Shown: piece after piece, positions 1-9,575 of the stretch
How positions within the stretch are numbered: position 1 is the stretch's first letter
How the letters are laid out: every line of letters starts with the position of its first letter
Assembly (NCBI GenBank): GCA_052039655.1
Contig: JBQGEO010000191.1
Coordinates: 1-41,834 of the forward strand
Direction of reading: 5' to 3'
DNA length: 41,834 nucleotides
Source of the DNA: Pararcticibacter sp.
GTDB taxonomy: Bacteria; Bacteroidota; Bacteroidia; Sphingobacteriales; Sphingobacteriaceae
Program-made: the position numbers and the translations under genes
Notes under the pieces: model-generated
Seen by the model: only the letters and a program-made list of their open reading frames with translations
What the model was told of the DNA's origin: nothing
The model's database searches: none

Positions 1-2
1 AC

Positions 3-641
3 GGTAACTTTGCCGAGCTGTCCATTTTCTCCTTCCATCCCGTAAAGCATATTGCAACCGGAGAAGGGGGAATGATCACTACAAACAGCAAACAGCTATA
101 TGACAAGCTGGTACTTTACAGAACACACGGCATCACGAAAGATCCGTCTATGTTCCTCAATTCACCCGATGACGTCGCCCAGGGAGGCTGGTATTATGAA
201 ATGCAGGAGCTTGGCTATAATTACCGGTTAACGGAGTTTCAGGCCGCTTTAGGTTCTTCCCAGCTCGGACGCGCAGAAGCAAACCTTGAGAGAAGAAGAG
301 TGCTGGCTGCCAGGTATGATAAAGCGTTTGAAAACAGCCCCGTGATCAAACCGGTAAATACAGGAGGACATGCCTGGCACCTCTACGTCATCCAGGTTGA
401 TGACAGAAAGGGACTATATGACTACTTAAGAGAGCAGCATATCTATGCTCAGGTACATTATATCCCGGTGCATTTACTTCCTTACTATAAAGGACTGGGA
501 CACTCGAAAGGTGAAGCCCCGGTGGCTGAGGCTTACTACGAAAGGTGTCTGAGCATCCCGATGTATCACGCTTTAACAGACGAAGACCAGGACAGGGTAA
601 TTAATACCATCCTGAAATATTTCAACCTTGCCGTTTTTTAA
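3..641 (+). CDS. pseC: UDP-4-amino-4,6-dideoxy-N-acetyl-beta-L-altrosamine transaminase (DegT/DnrJ/EryC1/StrS family), 5'-truncated by the window edge
   Basis: The frame is open from base 3 (GNFAELSIFSFHPVKHIATGEGGM...), including the PLP-lysine motif SFHPVK; also GYNYRLTEFQAALG. Lies upstream of pseG/pseI. Confidence 0.88.
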   Translation, partial: GNFAELSIFSFHPVKHIATGEGGMITTNSKQLYDKLVLYRTHGITKDPSMFLNSPDDVAQGGWYYEMQELGYNYRLTEFQAALGSSQLGRAEANLERRRVLAARYDKAFENSPVIKPVNTGGHAWHLYVIQVDDRKGLYDYLREQHIYAQVHYIPVHLLPYYKGLGHSKGEAPVAEAYYERCLSIPMYHALTDEDQDRVINTILKYFNLAVF

Positions 642-656
642 TAAAAGCAGGACCTT

Positions 657-1382
657 GTGAAGAATATCGGAATTATTACGCAGGCTAGAATGACAAGCAC
701 CCGGCTTCCGGGTAAAATATTCAGAGAGGCTAACAGACGGCCTCTCCTGTCTTATCATATTGAAAGGTTGCAGAAAACGGGACTTGACCTTGCTATAGCA
801 ACAACCCTGAATTCAACGGACGACTGTGTATCTGACTTCGCGGTTCAGAACAACTTAAAAGTTCACAGAGGAAGCGAAGACAATGTACTGAGCCGGTTTT
901 ACGAGACAGCTACGAAACACCATTTCGGTCTTATCGTCCGGGTAACGTCAGACTGTCCCCTCATAGACCCGCACTTAATAAGGAACAGCGTCGAAAAGTA
1001 TCTTAAAATCAACAATGAGAACCTTTACATGAGCAATGCTATAGAAAGAACATTTGCCAGGGGTTTCGATTTTGAGATCTTCAGCTTTAAATTACTGGAA
1101 GAAGCATTTCTGAAGGCCGTTGACAAAGCAGACCAGGAACATGTAACTCCATATATCTGGAAAAACACTTCTGGAAACACAGAGTTTTATCATATAAAGC
1201 AGGACACGGATCACAGCAGCCTGAGAATTACAGTGGATACTCCTGAAGACTATGAGCTGATTAGGATCTTAATTGAAAAGTATCAGGCTGACAAACTTGA
1301 TTACCACAGCATTGAGGAACTTTTAATAAGCCACCCCGAGCTGACATCTGTTAATGCTGATATTGAGCAGAAAAAAGTATAA
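657..1382 (+). CDS. SpsF-like cytidylyltransferase-family protein, probable CMP-pseudaminic acid synthetase
   Basis: Motifs QARMTSTRLPGK, RGSEDNVLSRF, VRVTSDCPLIDP, EHVTPYI and RITVDTPED; GTG start; sits inside the pse cluster. Confidence 0.8.
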   Translation: MKNIGIITQARMTSTRLPGKIFREANRRPLLSYHIERLQKTGLDLAIATTLNSTDDCVSDFAVQNNLKVHRGSEDNVLSRFYETATKHHFGLIVRVTSDCPLIDPHLIRNSVEKYLKINNENLYMSNAIERTFARGFDFEIFSFKLLEEAFLKAVDKADQEHVTPYIWKNTSGNTEFYHIKQDTDHSSLRITVDTPEDYELIRILIEKYQADKLDYHSIEELLISHPELTSVNADIEQKKV

Positions 1383-1391
1383 GACTTCTTA

Positions 1392-2891
1392 TTGAGACAG
1401 GATATTATCATAAGAGCAGACGGAGGAACTTCCATTGGAATGGGGCATATCGTCCGCTGTCTGGCACTCGCAGACATGCTCAAAGAATATTTTAGCATTA
1501 GTTTTGCCATTCAGGAGCCCGGCAATCCGGTAAGTGAAATGATCAGGGAAAGGGCGATTGACATCATACCCCTGCCGCAAACCTCCGATTTTGAAGAAGA
1601 CTTCCTGAATTTTCAACCATATCTCCGGCAAGGCGCAATTGTTATACTGGATGGTTACGGATTCACTGCCAGGTATCAAAACGCGATAAAGCGACAAGGC
1701 TGCAAACTGGTCTATATAGACGACCTGCATAGCTGGCGCCAGGTGGCGGATGTTGTGATTAATCATGCTGAAGGGATATCGCCACTTGATTACGAAGCTG
1801 AAGACGATGTTCGGTTTTGTCTTGGTGCAAAATATGCATTGCTGAGAAAACCCTTCCTGGCCAATACCGAATCCCGCAAGCCCGGGCCTCTGAGAAGTAT
1901 CTTTATCAGCATGGGAGCGGCGGACAAAGACAATCTGACGTCGAAGTTTACAGAGGCCTTACTGGATATTCCCGAAATTGAGGAAATTCACCTTATGCTG
2001 GGAGCAGTTAATCCTCACCTTCAACAGATCCGGCACCTTGCCACGACCTTTACAGAGGTAAAGATCAGCATCCATATCAATATAGATGCAGCCGGCCTCC
2101 GCCAATTATTAGAAAAAAGCGATCTGGCCATCTGCCCTGCGAGCACGATTGCGCTGGAAGCATGCGCAGTTGGGATAGGGCTGCTATCAGGATTTTCAGC
2201 AGACAACCAAAAGTCCATTCTAAACGGATTAAAGTCGGCACAGGTTCTAAAAGACCTGGGAGATCTGCAGAAGATCAGCGCCAGCGGCATTAAACTTCAT
2301 GTAGAAACCCTGATTAAAGGGCCGGACCAGATCTCCGGAATGATACAAAATCAGAAAAAGCTGATAGACGGCCGTTCTCCTGATAGATTGAGGAGTGTAT
2401 TTGAAGAACTTAAGAATGAAAAACTTCATTTCAGGTTCGCGGAGGAGAAAGACGCCATGTTATATTTTAAATGGACGAACGACCCGGTAGTAAGAGCTAA
2501 TTCATTTCAACAGCAAAATATCAGTCTTGAACAGCATCTCCGATGGTTTCATGAGCATATTCACGATCCTGATTATTACTTTTATCTCTTTCTTGATAAA
2601 GAAGGCTCTCCTGTCGGACAGGTCAGGATTAGCAGGGCAGGAGTAGAAACCACTATCGGCATTTCAGTTGATGAGAACTTCAGAGGCCAGTCACTTGCTC
2701 CTGAAATGATAAGAAAAGCGACCAGGCACTATCTCGCCCGCCATCCGGAGGAAAAAGTCAGTGCCTGCATAAAGATAGAAAATACAGCGTCCTATAAATC
2801 GTTTATAAAAGCGGGGTTCGTACAAGCGGCAATAACAGATATCAGCGGATGCAAAAGCTACAAATTGGAAAGGAAAGAAATTTATGAATGA
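1392..2891 (+). CDS. pseG: PseG-type UDP-sugar hydrolase fused to a C-terminal GNAT (PseH-like) acetyltransferase
   Basis: N-terminal IRADGGTSIGMGHIVRCLALA, LDGY and IDD are PseG motifs. The last ~155 aa are RimJ/PseH-like GNAT (WTNDPVVRANSF, GQVRI, FRGQSLA, NTASYKSFIKAGF). TTG start. Confidence 0.85.
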   Translation: MRQDIIIRADGGTSIGMGHIVRCLALADMLKEYFSISFAIQEPGNPVSEMIRERAIDIIPLPQTSDFEEDFLNFQPYLRQGAIVILDGYGFTARYQNAIKRQGCKLVYIDDLHSWRQVADVVINHAEGISPLDYEAEDDVRFCLGAKYALLRKPFLANTESRKPGPLRSIFISMGAADKDNLTSKFTEALLDIPEIEEIHLMLGAVNPHLQQIRHLATTFTEVKISIHINIDAAGLRQLLEKSDLAICPASTIALEACAVGIGLLSGFSADNQKSILNGLKSAQVLKDLGDLQKISASGIKLHVETLIKGPDQISGMIQNQKKLIDGRSPDRLRSVFEELKNEKLHFRFAEEKDAMLYFKWTNDPVVRANSFQQQNISLEQHLRWFHEHIHDPDYYFYLFLDKEGSPVGQVRISRAGVETTIGISVDENFRGQSLAPEMIRKATRHYLARHPEEKVSACIKIENTASYKSFIKAGFVQAAITDISGCKSYKLERKEIYE

Positions 2892-3924
2892 TATTAAAAT
2901 AGGCAATTTCACAATAGGCGACCAGCACAAGCCTTTCGTAATTGCTGAAATGAGCGGCAATCACAACCAATCACTTGAGAGGGCGCTGGAACTTGTGGAT
3001 GCAGCAGCCGGGGCGGGGGCTCATGCACTGAAACTTCAGACCTACACAGCTGATACGATCACAATGCAGGGCGCTTATACCATTCAGGATGAAAAATCAT
3101 TATGGAATGGCCGCGAACTCTACGACTTGTATAAAATGGCCTATACTCCCTGGGAATGGCATGAAGCGATCTTTGAAAGGGCAAAAGAAAAAGGGATGGC
3201 GGCGTTCAGCTCTCCTTTTGATGAAACAGCAGTAGACTTCCTTGAAAGCCTGAATGTCCCCGCATATAAGATCGCATCTTTCGAAAACACACATCATCCC
3301 CTTTTACGTAAAGTGGCCGCTACCGGAAAACCAGTCATTGTTTCTACCGGGGTAGCCACTATTGCAGACATAGACGAAACCGTCAGGGTACTTAGAGCCG
3401 CAGGCTGCAGGGATATCATCTTATTAAAGTGCACAAGTACCTACCCTGCTAGCCCTGAAAATACCAATCTCCTGACCATCCCACATCTCAGGCAACTACA
3501 CAATTGCATTACGGGCCTTTCCGATCACACGATGGGAATAGGAGCCTCCGTAGCTGCAGTAGCTCTTGGAGCACGTGTCATTGAGAAACACTTTACACTG
3601 AGAAGGGCTGATGGCGGGGTAGACAGTACGTTTTCTTTAGAACCGGAGGAACTGCAGGCACTCGTCACAGAAACGGAAAGAGCGTTCCTTGCTCTTGGAC
3701 AGATCCAATATGGCATTCAACCGGCAGAAGAGAAGAGCGTGTTCTTTAAACGCTCCATCTATGTATCAAAAGACATTAAAAAAGGAGAAGCATTTTCTGA
3801 AGATAATCTCAAAATTATCAGGCCGGCTATAGGTCTTCCTCCAAAATTCATTGATTCTGTAATAGGAAAAACAGCAAATACGGATCTGCAAGCGGGGACT
3901 CCTTTAAGCTGGGAAAATCTTTAA
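2884..3924 (+). CDS. pseI: Pseudaminic acid synthase (NeuB family with C-terminal SAF domain)
   Basis: IAEMSGNHNQSLERAL, KLQTYTADTIT, YKIASFE, GLSDHT, IEKHFTL and RRADGGVDSTFSLEP are typical of PseI. Confidence 0.93.
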   Translation: MNDIKIGNFTIGDQHKPFVIAEMSGNHNQSLERALELVDAAAGAGAHALKLQTYTADTITMQGAYTIQDEKSLWNGRELYDLYKMAYTPWEWHEAIFERAKEKGMAAFSSPFDETAVDFLESLNVPAYKIASFENTHHPLLRKVAATGKPVIVSTGVATIADIDETVRVLRAAGCRDIILLKCTSTYPASPENTNLLTIPHLRQLHNCITGLSDHTMGIGASVAAVALGARVIEKHFTLRRADGGVDSTFSLEPEELQALVTETERAFLALGQIQYGIQPAEEKSVFFKRSIYVSKDIKKGEAFSEDNLKIIRPAIGLPPKFIDSVIGKTANTDLQAGTPLSWENL

Positions 3925-3938
3925 TTTCGCCGGCAGTT

Positions 3939-5414
3939 ATGAACATGATCGGCAGGCAGACTATCAAAGGTAGCATTTATTCGTATCTCGGAGTAATTAT
4001 CGGCTTCTTTAGCGTTACTCTTTTGCGCTCTCACGGGCTCAGCTCCGAGGAAAACGGGTACCTGGAATTGATCATGGCCTTCGCTATAATCCTTACACAG
4101 TTCGGGTCGCTTGGCTTTTTCTCTGCGAGTACCAGGTGTTTCCCCTATTTCCGGAATACGGAGAAAAACCACCATGGATTTCTGTTCCTGATGCTTGCAG
4201 TGCCTCTTGTTGGCACCTTAATCATTTGCCTCCTGTTCCTCCTCCTGAAACCGGTTATTTTTGCGTATACTGATTACGAAGACTTCTTTAACAATTATTC
4301 ATCGGTCATATTGATCCTGACCACTGGAACACTTCTGTTTAGCGCTTTTGACAACTATAACCGCGTAGCACTCCTTGATGCGGCAACAGGCTCAATATTA
4401 AAGGAATTTTTGCAGAAGCTGACTGTCGCCTGTGCCCTGGCGGTTGTGTTCTTCTATCCGCTTCCATTCTCGCAGTTCATCTGGATCTGGCTGCTTGCCA
4501 ACCTTATCCCGACCGTTCTCATCATTATTAATGTAAAGAAGAAAGAAAAGATCAACCTGACTCCCGACTTCAGTTTTCTGGACAAGCCAATTGTTAAAAT
4601 GCTGAGCAGTGTGAGCCTTTTTGCCGTTATCACCGGGCTGACCACTATGATCATCCAGTACATTGACAAGATCATGATTAAAGATATGCTGAATACGTCC
4701 CTTACCGGGATATATGGAATCACGGCATTCTTTGGTACTGTAATTTCTATGCCGGCGCGGGTGATGTACCGGATCGGGGGCGTGATAGTCGCAGAAAAAT
4801 GGAAATCGGATGATTTGCCCGGGATCGCTTCTATTTACAGGAAGAGCTGCCTGAATCAATTACTGATAGGACTGCTTCTGTTCATCGGCATCTGGGCAAA
4901 TATTGACAACATTTTACAAATGGTACCTCCTGAATATGCGCAGGGCAAATATGTCATCTTATTTGTCGCCATGAGCGGCTTAATTGATATGGCGACTGGT
5001 ATGAACGGAATGATACTTGCCACATCCCGGTATTACCGTTATGACACTTATTTCTTCCTGGGGCTGATTTTCGTAACAATACTTGCAAATTATTTTTTCA
5101 TTCCCGTTTGGGGAATAACCGGGGCTGCTGCAGCAAGTACTCTTACAACTCTTATATTCAATCTTTACAGGTATATATTTCTCTGGAAAAAATTCGGTTT
5201 GCAGCCTTTCGACATACGGAATCTGTACATCATGCTAATAGGCCTTGCTATATTATTCCTCATACACTATCTGCCCGAGCTACCTCTTATCCCGGATATT
5301 ATTATCAGGTCAGGCATTATCACGCTCTTATACACCGGGATAATCTATTCTCTTAAGATCGCTCCGGAAATGAACGACACCATTGATGATTTGAGAAAAA
5401 AGGTCTTTAAATAG
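3939..5414 (+). CDS. Wzx/MOP-superfamily oligosaccharide flippase
   Basis: About 12-14 hydrophobic segments; IDKIMI, GIYGI and WGITGAAAAS motifs; last gene of a sugar-biosynthesis cluster. Confidence 0.82.
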   Translation: MNMIGRQTIKGSIYSYLGVIIGFFSVTLLRSHGLSSEENGYLELIMAFAIILTQFGSLGFFSASTRCFPYFRNTEKNHHGFLFLMLAVPLVGTLIICLLFLLLKPVIFAYTDYEDFFNNYSSVILILTTGTLLFSAFDNYNRVALLDAATGSILKEFLQKLTVACALAVVFFYPLPFSQFIWIWLLANLIPTVLIIINVKKKEKINLTPDFSFLDKPIVKMLSSVSLFAVITGLTTMIIQYIDKIMIKDMLNTSLTGIYGITAFFGTVISMPARVMYRIGGVIVAEKWKSDDLPGIASIYRKSCLNQLLIGLLLFIGIWANIDNILQMVPPEYAQGKYVILFVAMSGLIDMATGMNGMILATSRYYRYDTYFFLGLIFVTILANYFFIPVWGITGAAAASTLTTLIFNLYRYIFLWKKFGLQPFDIRNLYIMLIGLAILFLIHYLPELPLIPDIIIRSGIITLLYTGIIYSLKIAPEMNDTIDDLRKKVFK

Positions 5415-5543
5415 CTTTAGTCCCCACAAAAATAAAATACTGCCCCGAAGGATCTGGAACAGTTAACTGACGAACTTTTTGTAATCCAGGCGCCTGCCGC
5501 CGTGAATTCCGGAGCAGAAGGAGGTCTTAATTAAAACTTCAAC

Positions 5544-5590
5544 AAACAAAAAAGAGGCTGAACTCACTTCAAATTGAGTTCAGCCTCTTT
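5544..5590 (-). terminator. Intrinsic terminator of typA, probably bidirectional
   Basis: Perfect 16-bp inverted repeat AAAGAGGCTGAACTCA (5551-5566) / TGAGTTCAGCCTCTTT (5575-5590), followed by a T-rich run on the minus strand; lies between convergent genes. Confidence 0.88.
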
Positions 5591-5616
5591 ATATTAGTTA
5601 TACCAGTTACGCTTGT

Positions 5617-7422
5617 TTAAACAAACTTCTTAGCATTTATCTTACGCTCATTTTCTGTCAGGTAGATCTTGCGTAACCGCATACTCTTAGGAGTAATTTC
5701 AATATACTCGTCATTCTGAATATATTCCATTGCTTCCTCAAGCGAAAATTTAATTGCGGGTGCAATCCTGACATTGTCATCACTTCCGGAAGCACGCATG
5801 TTTGTTAACTGCTTGCCCTTTACGACATTTACTACCAGGTCATTATCCCTGATATGCTCACCCATGATTTGGCCTTCATAAACATCTTCACCCGGTTCCA
5901 CGAAGAACCGGCCGCGGTCTTGCAGCTTATCAATAGAATACGCTGTCGTCTGGCCCTTTTCCATTGACACCAATACTCCGTTCAGCCTTCCGGGAATATT
6001 ACCCTTCCATGGCTCATAGGATTTAAAGCGGTGCGCCATAACAGCTTCTCCGGCAGTTGCAGTAAGCACATTATTTCTAAGACCGATAATCCCCCTTGAA
6101 GGAATTTCAAACTCAAGATGCTGCAGGTCGCCCTTAGGCTCCATCACCAAAAGCTCACCTTTCTTTTGAGTCACAAGCTCAATTACCTTACCGGCAACCT
6201 CACCAGGAACATCTACGATCAGTGTCTCTACCGGCTCACATTTCACTCCGTCAATTTCCTTAACGATAACCTGCGGCTGACCAACCTGCAATTCATATCC
6301 TTCACGACGCATCGTTTCTATCAGAACTGACAGGTGAAGAATTCCCCTCCCATACACAAGATACGCATCAGGAGAATCAGTTTCAACTACTTTTAAAGCA
6401 AGGTTCTTTTCCATCTCCTTATGAAGACGGTCACGAAGGTGACGGGATGTCACAAACTTACCTTCCTTACCAAAAAATGGAGAGTTATTGATCGTGAACA
6501 GCATATTCATCGTCGGCTCGTCGATGTGGATCACTTCAAGTTGCTCAGGGTTCTCAAAGTCAGCGATAGTATCACCAATCTCGAAACCTTCGATACCAAC
6601 AACAGCGCAGATATCACCTGATTTAACTTCCTGAACTTTAATCTTTCCAAGACCTTCAAAAGTATACAATTCTTTGATACGGGACTTCTGTATCTTGCCG
6701 TCCCTTTTTACCAGGGATACAGGCATATTTTCCTTTATAAGTCCCCGTGCTACCCTTCCGATAGCGATACGGCCAACAAAGGACGAATAGTCAAGAGAAG
6801 TAATTTGCATCTGCAGAGTACCTTCATTCACAGGCGCTGCAGGGATATGCTCCAGTATAGCATCAAGCAAAGGAGTGATATCTTCAGTCTGCTTCTTCCA
6901 GTCGGTGCTCATCCAGCCCTGTTTGGAGGATCCGTAAATCACAGGAAACTCAAGCTGATCCTCTGTCGCTTCCAGATTGAAGAAGAGTTCGAATACTGCC
7001 TCGTGAACTTCGTCAGGACGGCAATTCTCCTTGTCAACCTTATTTATAACTACGATAGGCTTCAAACCTAACGCAAGTGCTTTCTGTGTAACAAAACGGG
7101 TTTGAGGCATTGCACCTTCAAATGCGTCCACCAGAAGTAACACACCGTCCGCCATTTTTAATACCCGCTCCACTTCTCCCCCAAAGTCCGCGTGCCCCGG
7201 AGTATCAATAATATTGATTTTTACCCCTTTGTAGTTTACTGACACATTTTTAGATACGATCGTAATCCCACGCTCACGTTCGAGATCATTGTTATCCAAT
7301 ATCAGTTCACCGGTTTCCTGGTTGTCCCTGAATAGCTGGCATGTGTGTAAAATTTTGTCTACCAGAGTAGTTTTACCGTGGTCAACGTGTGCAATAATTG
7401 CAATATTCCTAATGTTCTGCAT
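5617..7422 (-). CDS. typA: Translational GTPase TypA/BipA
   Basis: [48 protein letters not shown] and [16 protein letters not shown] at 7422 preferred over the TTG at 7437. Confidence 0.97.
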   Translation of the reverse strand: MQNIRNIAIIAHVDHGKTTLVDKILHTCQLFRDNQETGELILDNNDLERERGITIVSKNVSVNYKGVKINIIDTPGHADFGGEVERVLKMADGVLLLVDAFEGAMPQTRFVTQKALALGLKPIVVINKVDKENCRPDEVHEAVFELFFNLEATEDQLEFPVIYGSSKQGWMSTDWKKQTEDITPLLDAILEHIPAAPVNEGTLQMQITSLDYSSFVGRIAIGRVARGLIKENMPVSLVKRDGKIQKSRIKELYTFEGLGKIKVQEVKSGDICAVVGIEGFEIGDTIADFENPEQLEVIHIDEPTMNMLFTINNSPFFGKEGKFVTSRHLRDRLHKEMEKNLALKVVETDSPDAYLVYGRGILHLSVLIETMRREGYELQVGQPQVIVKEIDGVKCEPVETLIVDVPGEVAGKVIELVTQKKGELLVMEPKGDLQHLEFEIPSRGIIGLRNNVLTATAGEAVMAHRFKSYEPWKGNIPGRLNGVLVSMEKGQTTAYSIDKLQDRGRFFVEPGEDVYEGQIMGEHIRDNDLVVNVVKGKQLTNMRASGSDDNVRIAPAIKFSLEEAMEYIQNDEYIEITPKSMRLRKIYLTENERKINAKKFV

Positions 7423-7447
7423 GAAAAATGCTCTCAAAAAATTTCGG

Positions 7448-7455
7448 CAAAGATA
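7448..7455 (-). promoter_or_regulatory. Bacteroidota sigma70 -7 element for typA
   Basis: TATCTTTG on the minus strand matches the TAnnTTTG consensus, about 25 nt upstream of the ATG. Confidence 0.7.
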
Positions 7456-7527
7456 CGGTTTTAAATTCGTATTTCAGTGCTTTTGCAAAGCTTAAAAACA
7501 AATGACAATCAGGCATTAAGATTATTT

Positions 7528-7535
7528 TACCTTTG
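7528..7535 (+). promoter_or_regulatory. Bacteroidota -7 element for the small Cys-rich protein
   Basis: TACCTTTG, separated from the ATG at 7540 by 4 nt. Confidence 0.65.
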
Positions 7536-7539
7536 TGTT

Positions 7540-7710
7540 ATGGGAGCTCAGGAAATTATCGTTGCCGGGTTATTTATCATAGCGCTCGGATATATCATCA
7601 GAATCATCTTCAGAAACCTCAATTCCAAAAAAGGCTGTGCGTCCGGATGTGGTAAATGTGGTGTCGATTTCTCCGGCATACAGCCATCCCGTCCGGTAAA
7701 AGAAAAGTAG
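7540..7710 (+). CDS. FeoB-associated Cys-rich small membrane protein (56 aa)
   Basis: MGAQEIIVAGLFIIALGYIIRIIF (one TM helix) followed by KKGCASGCGKC, the TM + GCxxGCxxC pattern of this family. Confidence 0.75.
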   Translation: MGAQEIIVAGLFIIALGYIIRIIFRNLNSKKGCASGCGKCGVDFSGIQPSRPVKEK

Positions 7711-7727
7711 AAGCCTGATCAGTCCCT

Positions 7728-8204
7728 TTACTTTTCTATCAGGCACACCGCATGGGCAACTACACCCTCTTCCCTGCCTATAAAGCCCATCTGTTCATTG
7801 GTCGTCGCCTTTATAGACACATCCTCTTCTGAAATACCAATAGCTTCTGCAATATTCTTTTTCATTTGAGGTACATAAGGATTGATCTTAGGGGCTTCCA
7901 GGCAGATCATCGCATCGATATTACCTGTACGCCAGCCCTTTTCAGCAAGAAGCCTGACACACTCTTTCAACAATATAATGCTGCTGATCCCTTTCCACCG
8001 CTCATCTTTATTGGAAAAATGATAGCCAATATCCCGTAAATTAGCCGCCCCCAAAAGGGCATCGCAAATAGCGTGCAGCAGCACATCCGCATCCGAATGC
8101 CCATAAGCTCCTGAATGATGATCAAGGGTTACTCCTCCCAATACAAAAGGATGTCCCTCTTTTAGCTGATGGACATCAAATCCAAATCCTACTCTAATCT
8201 TCAT
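7728..8204 (-). CDS. ispF: 2-C-methyl-D-erythritol 2,4-cyclodiphosphate synthase
   Basis: RVGFGFDVH, GHSDADVLLHAICDALLGA and KATTNEQMGFIGREEG. Confidence 0.97.
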   Translation of the reverse strand: MKIRVGFGFDVHQLKEGHPFVLGGVTLDHHSGAYGHSDADVLLHAICDALLGAANLRDIGYHFSNKDERWKGISSIILLKECVRLLAEKGWRTGNIDAMICLEAPKINPYVPQMKKNIAEAIGISEEDVSIKATTNEQMGFIGREEGVVAHAVCLIEK

Positions 8205-9349
8205 TTTATATTATATGTAAAAGTAAAACGCAGGGTGTTTGCCAGAGGACTCCGCTGCTGACTCGCGATGAGGTATGAAAAATCAAGGTTAAAACGCCTG
8301 TAACGAACTCCTCCGCCCAGGGTCAGGTACCGCCTGTCACCTTTATCCGGGTTTTCATAAAAATATCCGGTCCTTAGAGCAAATTGCTTATCATAAATAT
8401 ACTCCATTCCAACAGACCATGCAATTTCTTTCAGCTCTTCCGAAAACCCACCGGGAGCATCAGCAAAAGAGCCGAATATCGCCGCAGGCACCGACTTGTC
8501 AGGATCGCTTCCCTGTATAATATTTCCATCAGGATCCCTCACTGGCGGAGACGGGACAAGCAGCTTATTCAGGTCCAGGGCAAATGTAAATTCGCCCGGT
8601 CCGTCAAAAAGGGTCGCGGCAGTTCCCAACCTTAAATTGGTTGGCAGAAAGAGTTTCTCACCGTTGCCTGAGAATCCTATTTTATTTCCGATATTGGTAA
8701 TGCTGGCACCAAAAGCAATGCGGCCGTCCCTACCCCAAAAATTAGCCGGCTGATGATAATATGCTGAAACATCTGCTGCCAGCGCGGTTCCCGCATCTGC
8801 ACGCTGCCCCTGAAGAAGAACACCGTTAGAAAGATTGGAGTAAACGAACCGGATGCTCGATCCCAGCGAAAACCTCTCACCAAACTTCCTGGCAAAAGAG
8901 CCGTCAATCGCAAACTCATTCGGCGTAAAGGTGCCCGGAACATCATCAGGCCCCTCCCTCAGCTCAATATCACCTGCGGTAAAATAACGAAACGACAGGC
9001 CTGCCGTATTCCGGTTATCAATCCTGTAATGCGCACTCATATAAGCCAGGTACATATCCGATGCCAGGTTATGCAGCCATGGACTATATGACAAAGCAAC
9101 AGAACAGCTGTCGGGTGCAAAAGCTAACTTGGCTGGATTCCAGTGCGCAGAATTCACATCCGGAGAGGTCGCTGCCCCCACCTCGCCCATTGCTCCCGAC
9201 CTGGCATCCGGCGCGATGAGAAGGAAATCTGCTCCGGTGTCAATGCACTTCGTTGTAGTGACAGACTGGGCCTGAATGCTTAAAGAAAAAAACATACAGG
9301 CAATCCCTGATATGCATCGTTCCATTACCTGGGCTTTAACAAACGACAT
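8201..9349 (-). CDS. porV: Type IX secretion system outer-membrane shuttle PorV
   Basis: FLLIAPDARSGAMGE, WNPAKLAF, SYSPWL, LPTNLRLG, DLNKLLVP, SFADAPGGFSEELKE and PLANTLRF; lies next to ispF and gldJ. The true start may be the ATG at 9325 (signal peptide ending IQA-Q). Confidence 0.9.
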   Translation of the reverse strand: MSFVKAQVMERCISGIACMFFSLSIQAQSVTTTKCIDTGADFLLIAPDARSGAMGEVGAATSPDVNSAHWNPAKLAFAPDSCSVALSYSPWLHNLASDMYLAYMSAHYRIDNRNTAGLSFRYFTAGDIELREGPDDVPGTFTPNEFAIDGSFARKFGERFSLGSSIRFVYSNLSNGVLLQGQRADAGTALAADVSAYYHQPANFWGRDGRIAFGASITNIGNKIGFSGNGEKLFLPTNLRLGTAATLFDGPGEFTFALDLNKLLVPSPPVRDPDGNIIQGSDPDKSVPAAIFGSFADAPGGFSEELKEIAWSVGMEYIYDKQFALRTGYFYENPDKGDRRYLTLGGGVRYRRFNLDFSYLIASQQRSPLANTLRFTFTYNIK

Positions 9350-9575
9350 GCATTAAAAGTATAAATTTTTTACGGAGGAAAACAATTTTTTAAAAAGCAC
9401 CGTATGAATGATACAGGCAAACTTACTATTAAACAATATGTTATTAGTGGAAATTTTAAATACGTGTAACCCACAGAATTAATTAACGTATAAACAGGAA
9501 GAACACAGTTAATTTGATTTTTGTCACGCTGATGATTAATCACTATTTTAGCATTTTTAGCTCTCAAAAAAATAA

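Noticed and set aside
5415-5545. Spacer after the flippase as a possible sRNA or gene remnant
   Set aside because: Only short palindromes (e.g. CAGTTAACTG) are present, with no promoter match or convincing structure.
7423-7437. MRAFF extension of TypA
   Set aside because: TypA homologues begin at about MQNIRN, so the ATG at 7422 is preferred.
7477-7539. N-terminal extension of the Cys-rich protein in the ORF track
   Set aside because: It would run through the promoter box; the ATG at 7540 gives the family-typical length.
9370-9567. 65-aa ORF upstream of porV as a possible porU remnant
   Set aside because: No resemblance to a gingipain-like or CTD sequence that I can see; it is AT-rich divergent promoter DNA. 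A tBLASTn with PorU would settle it.
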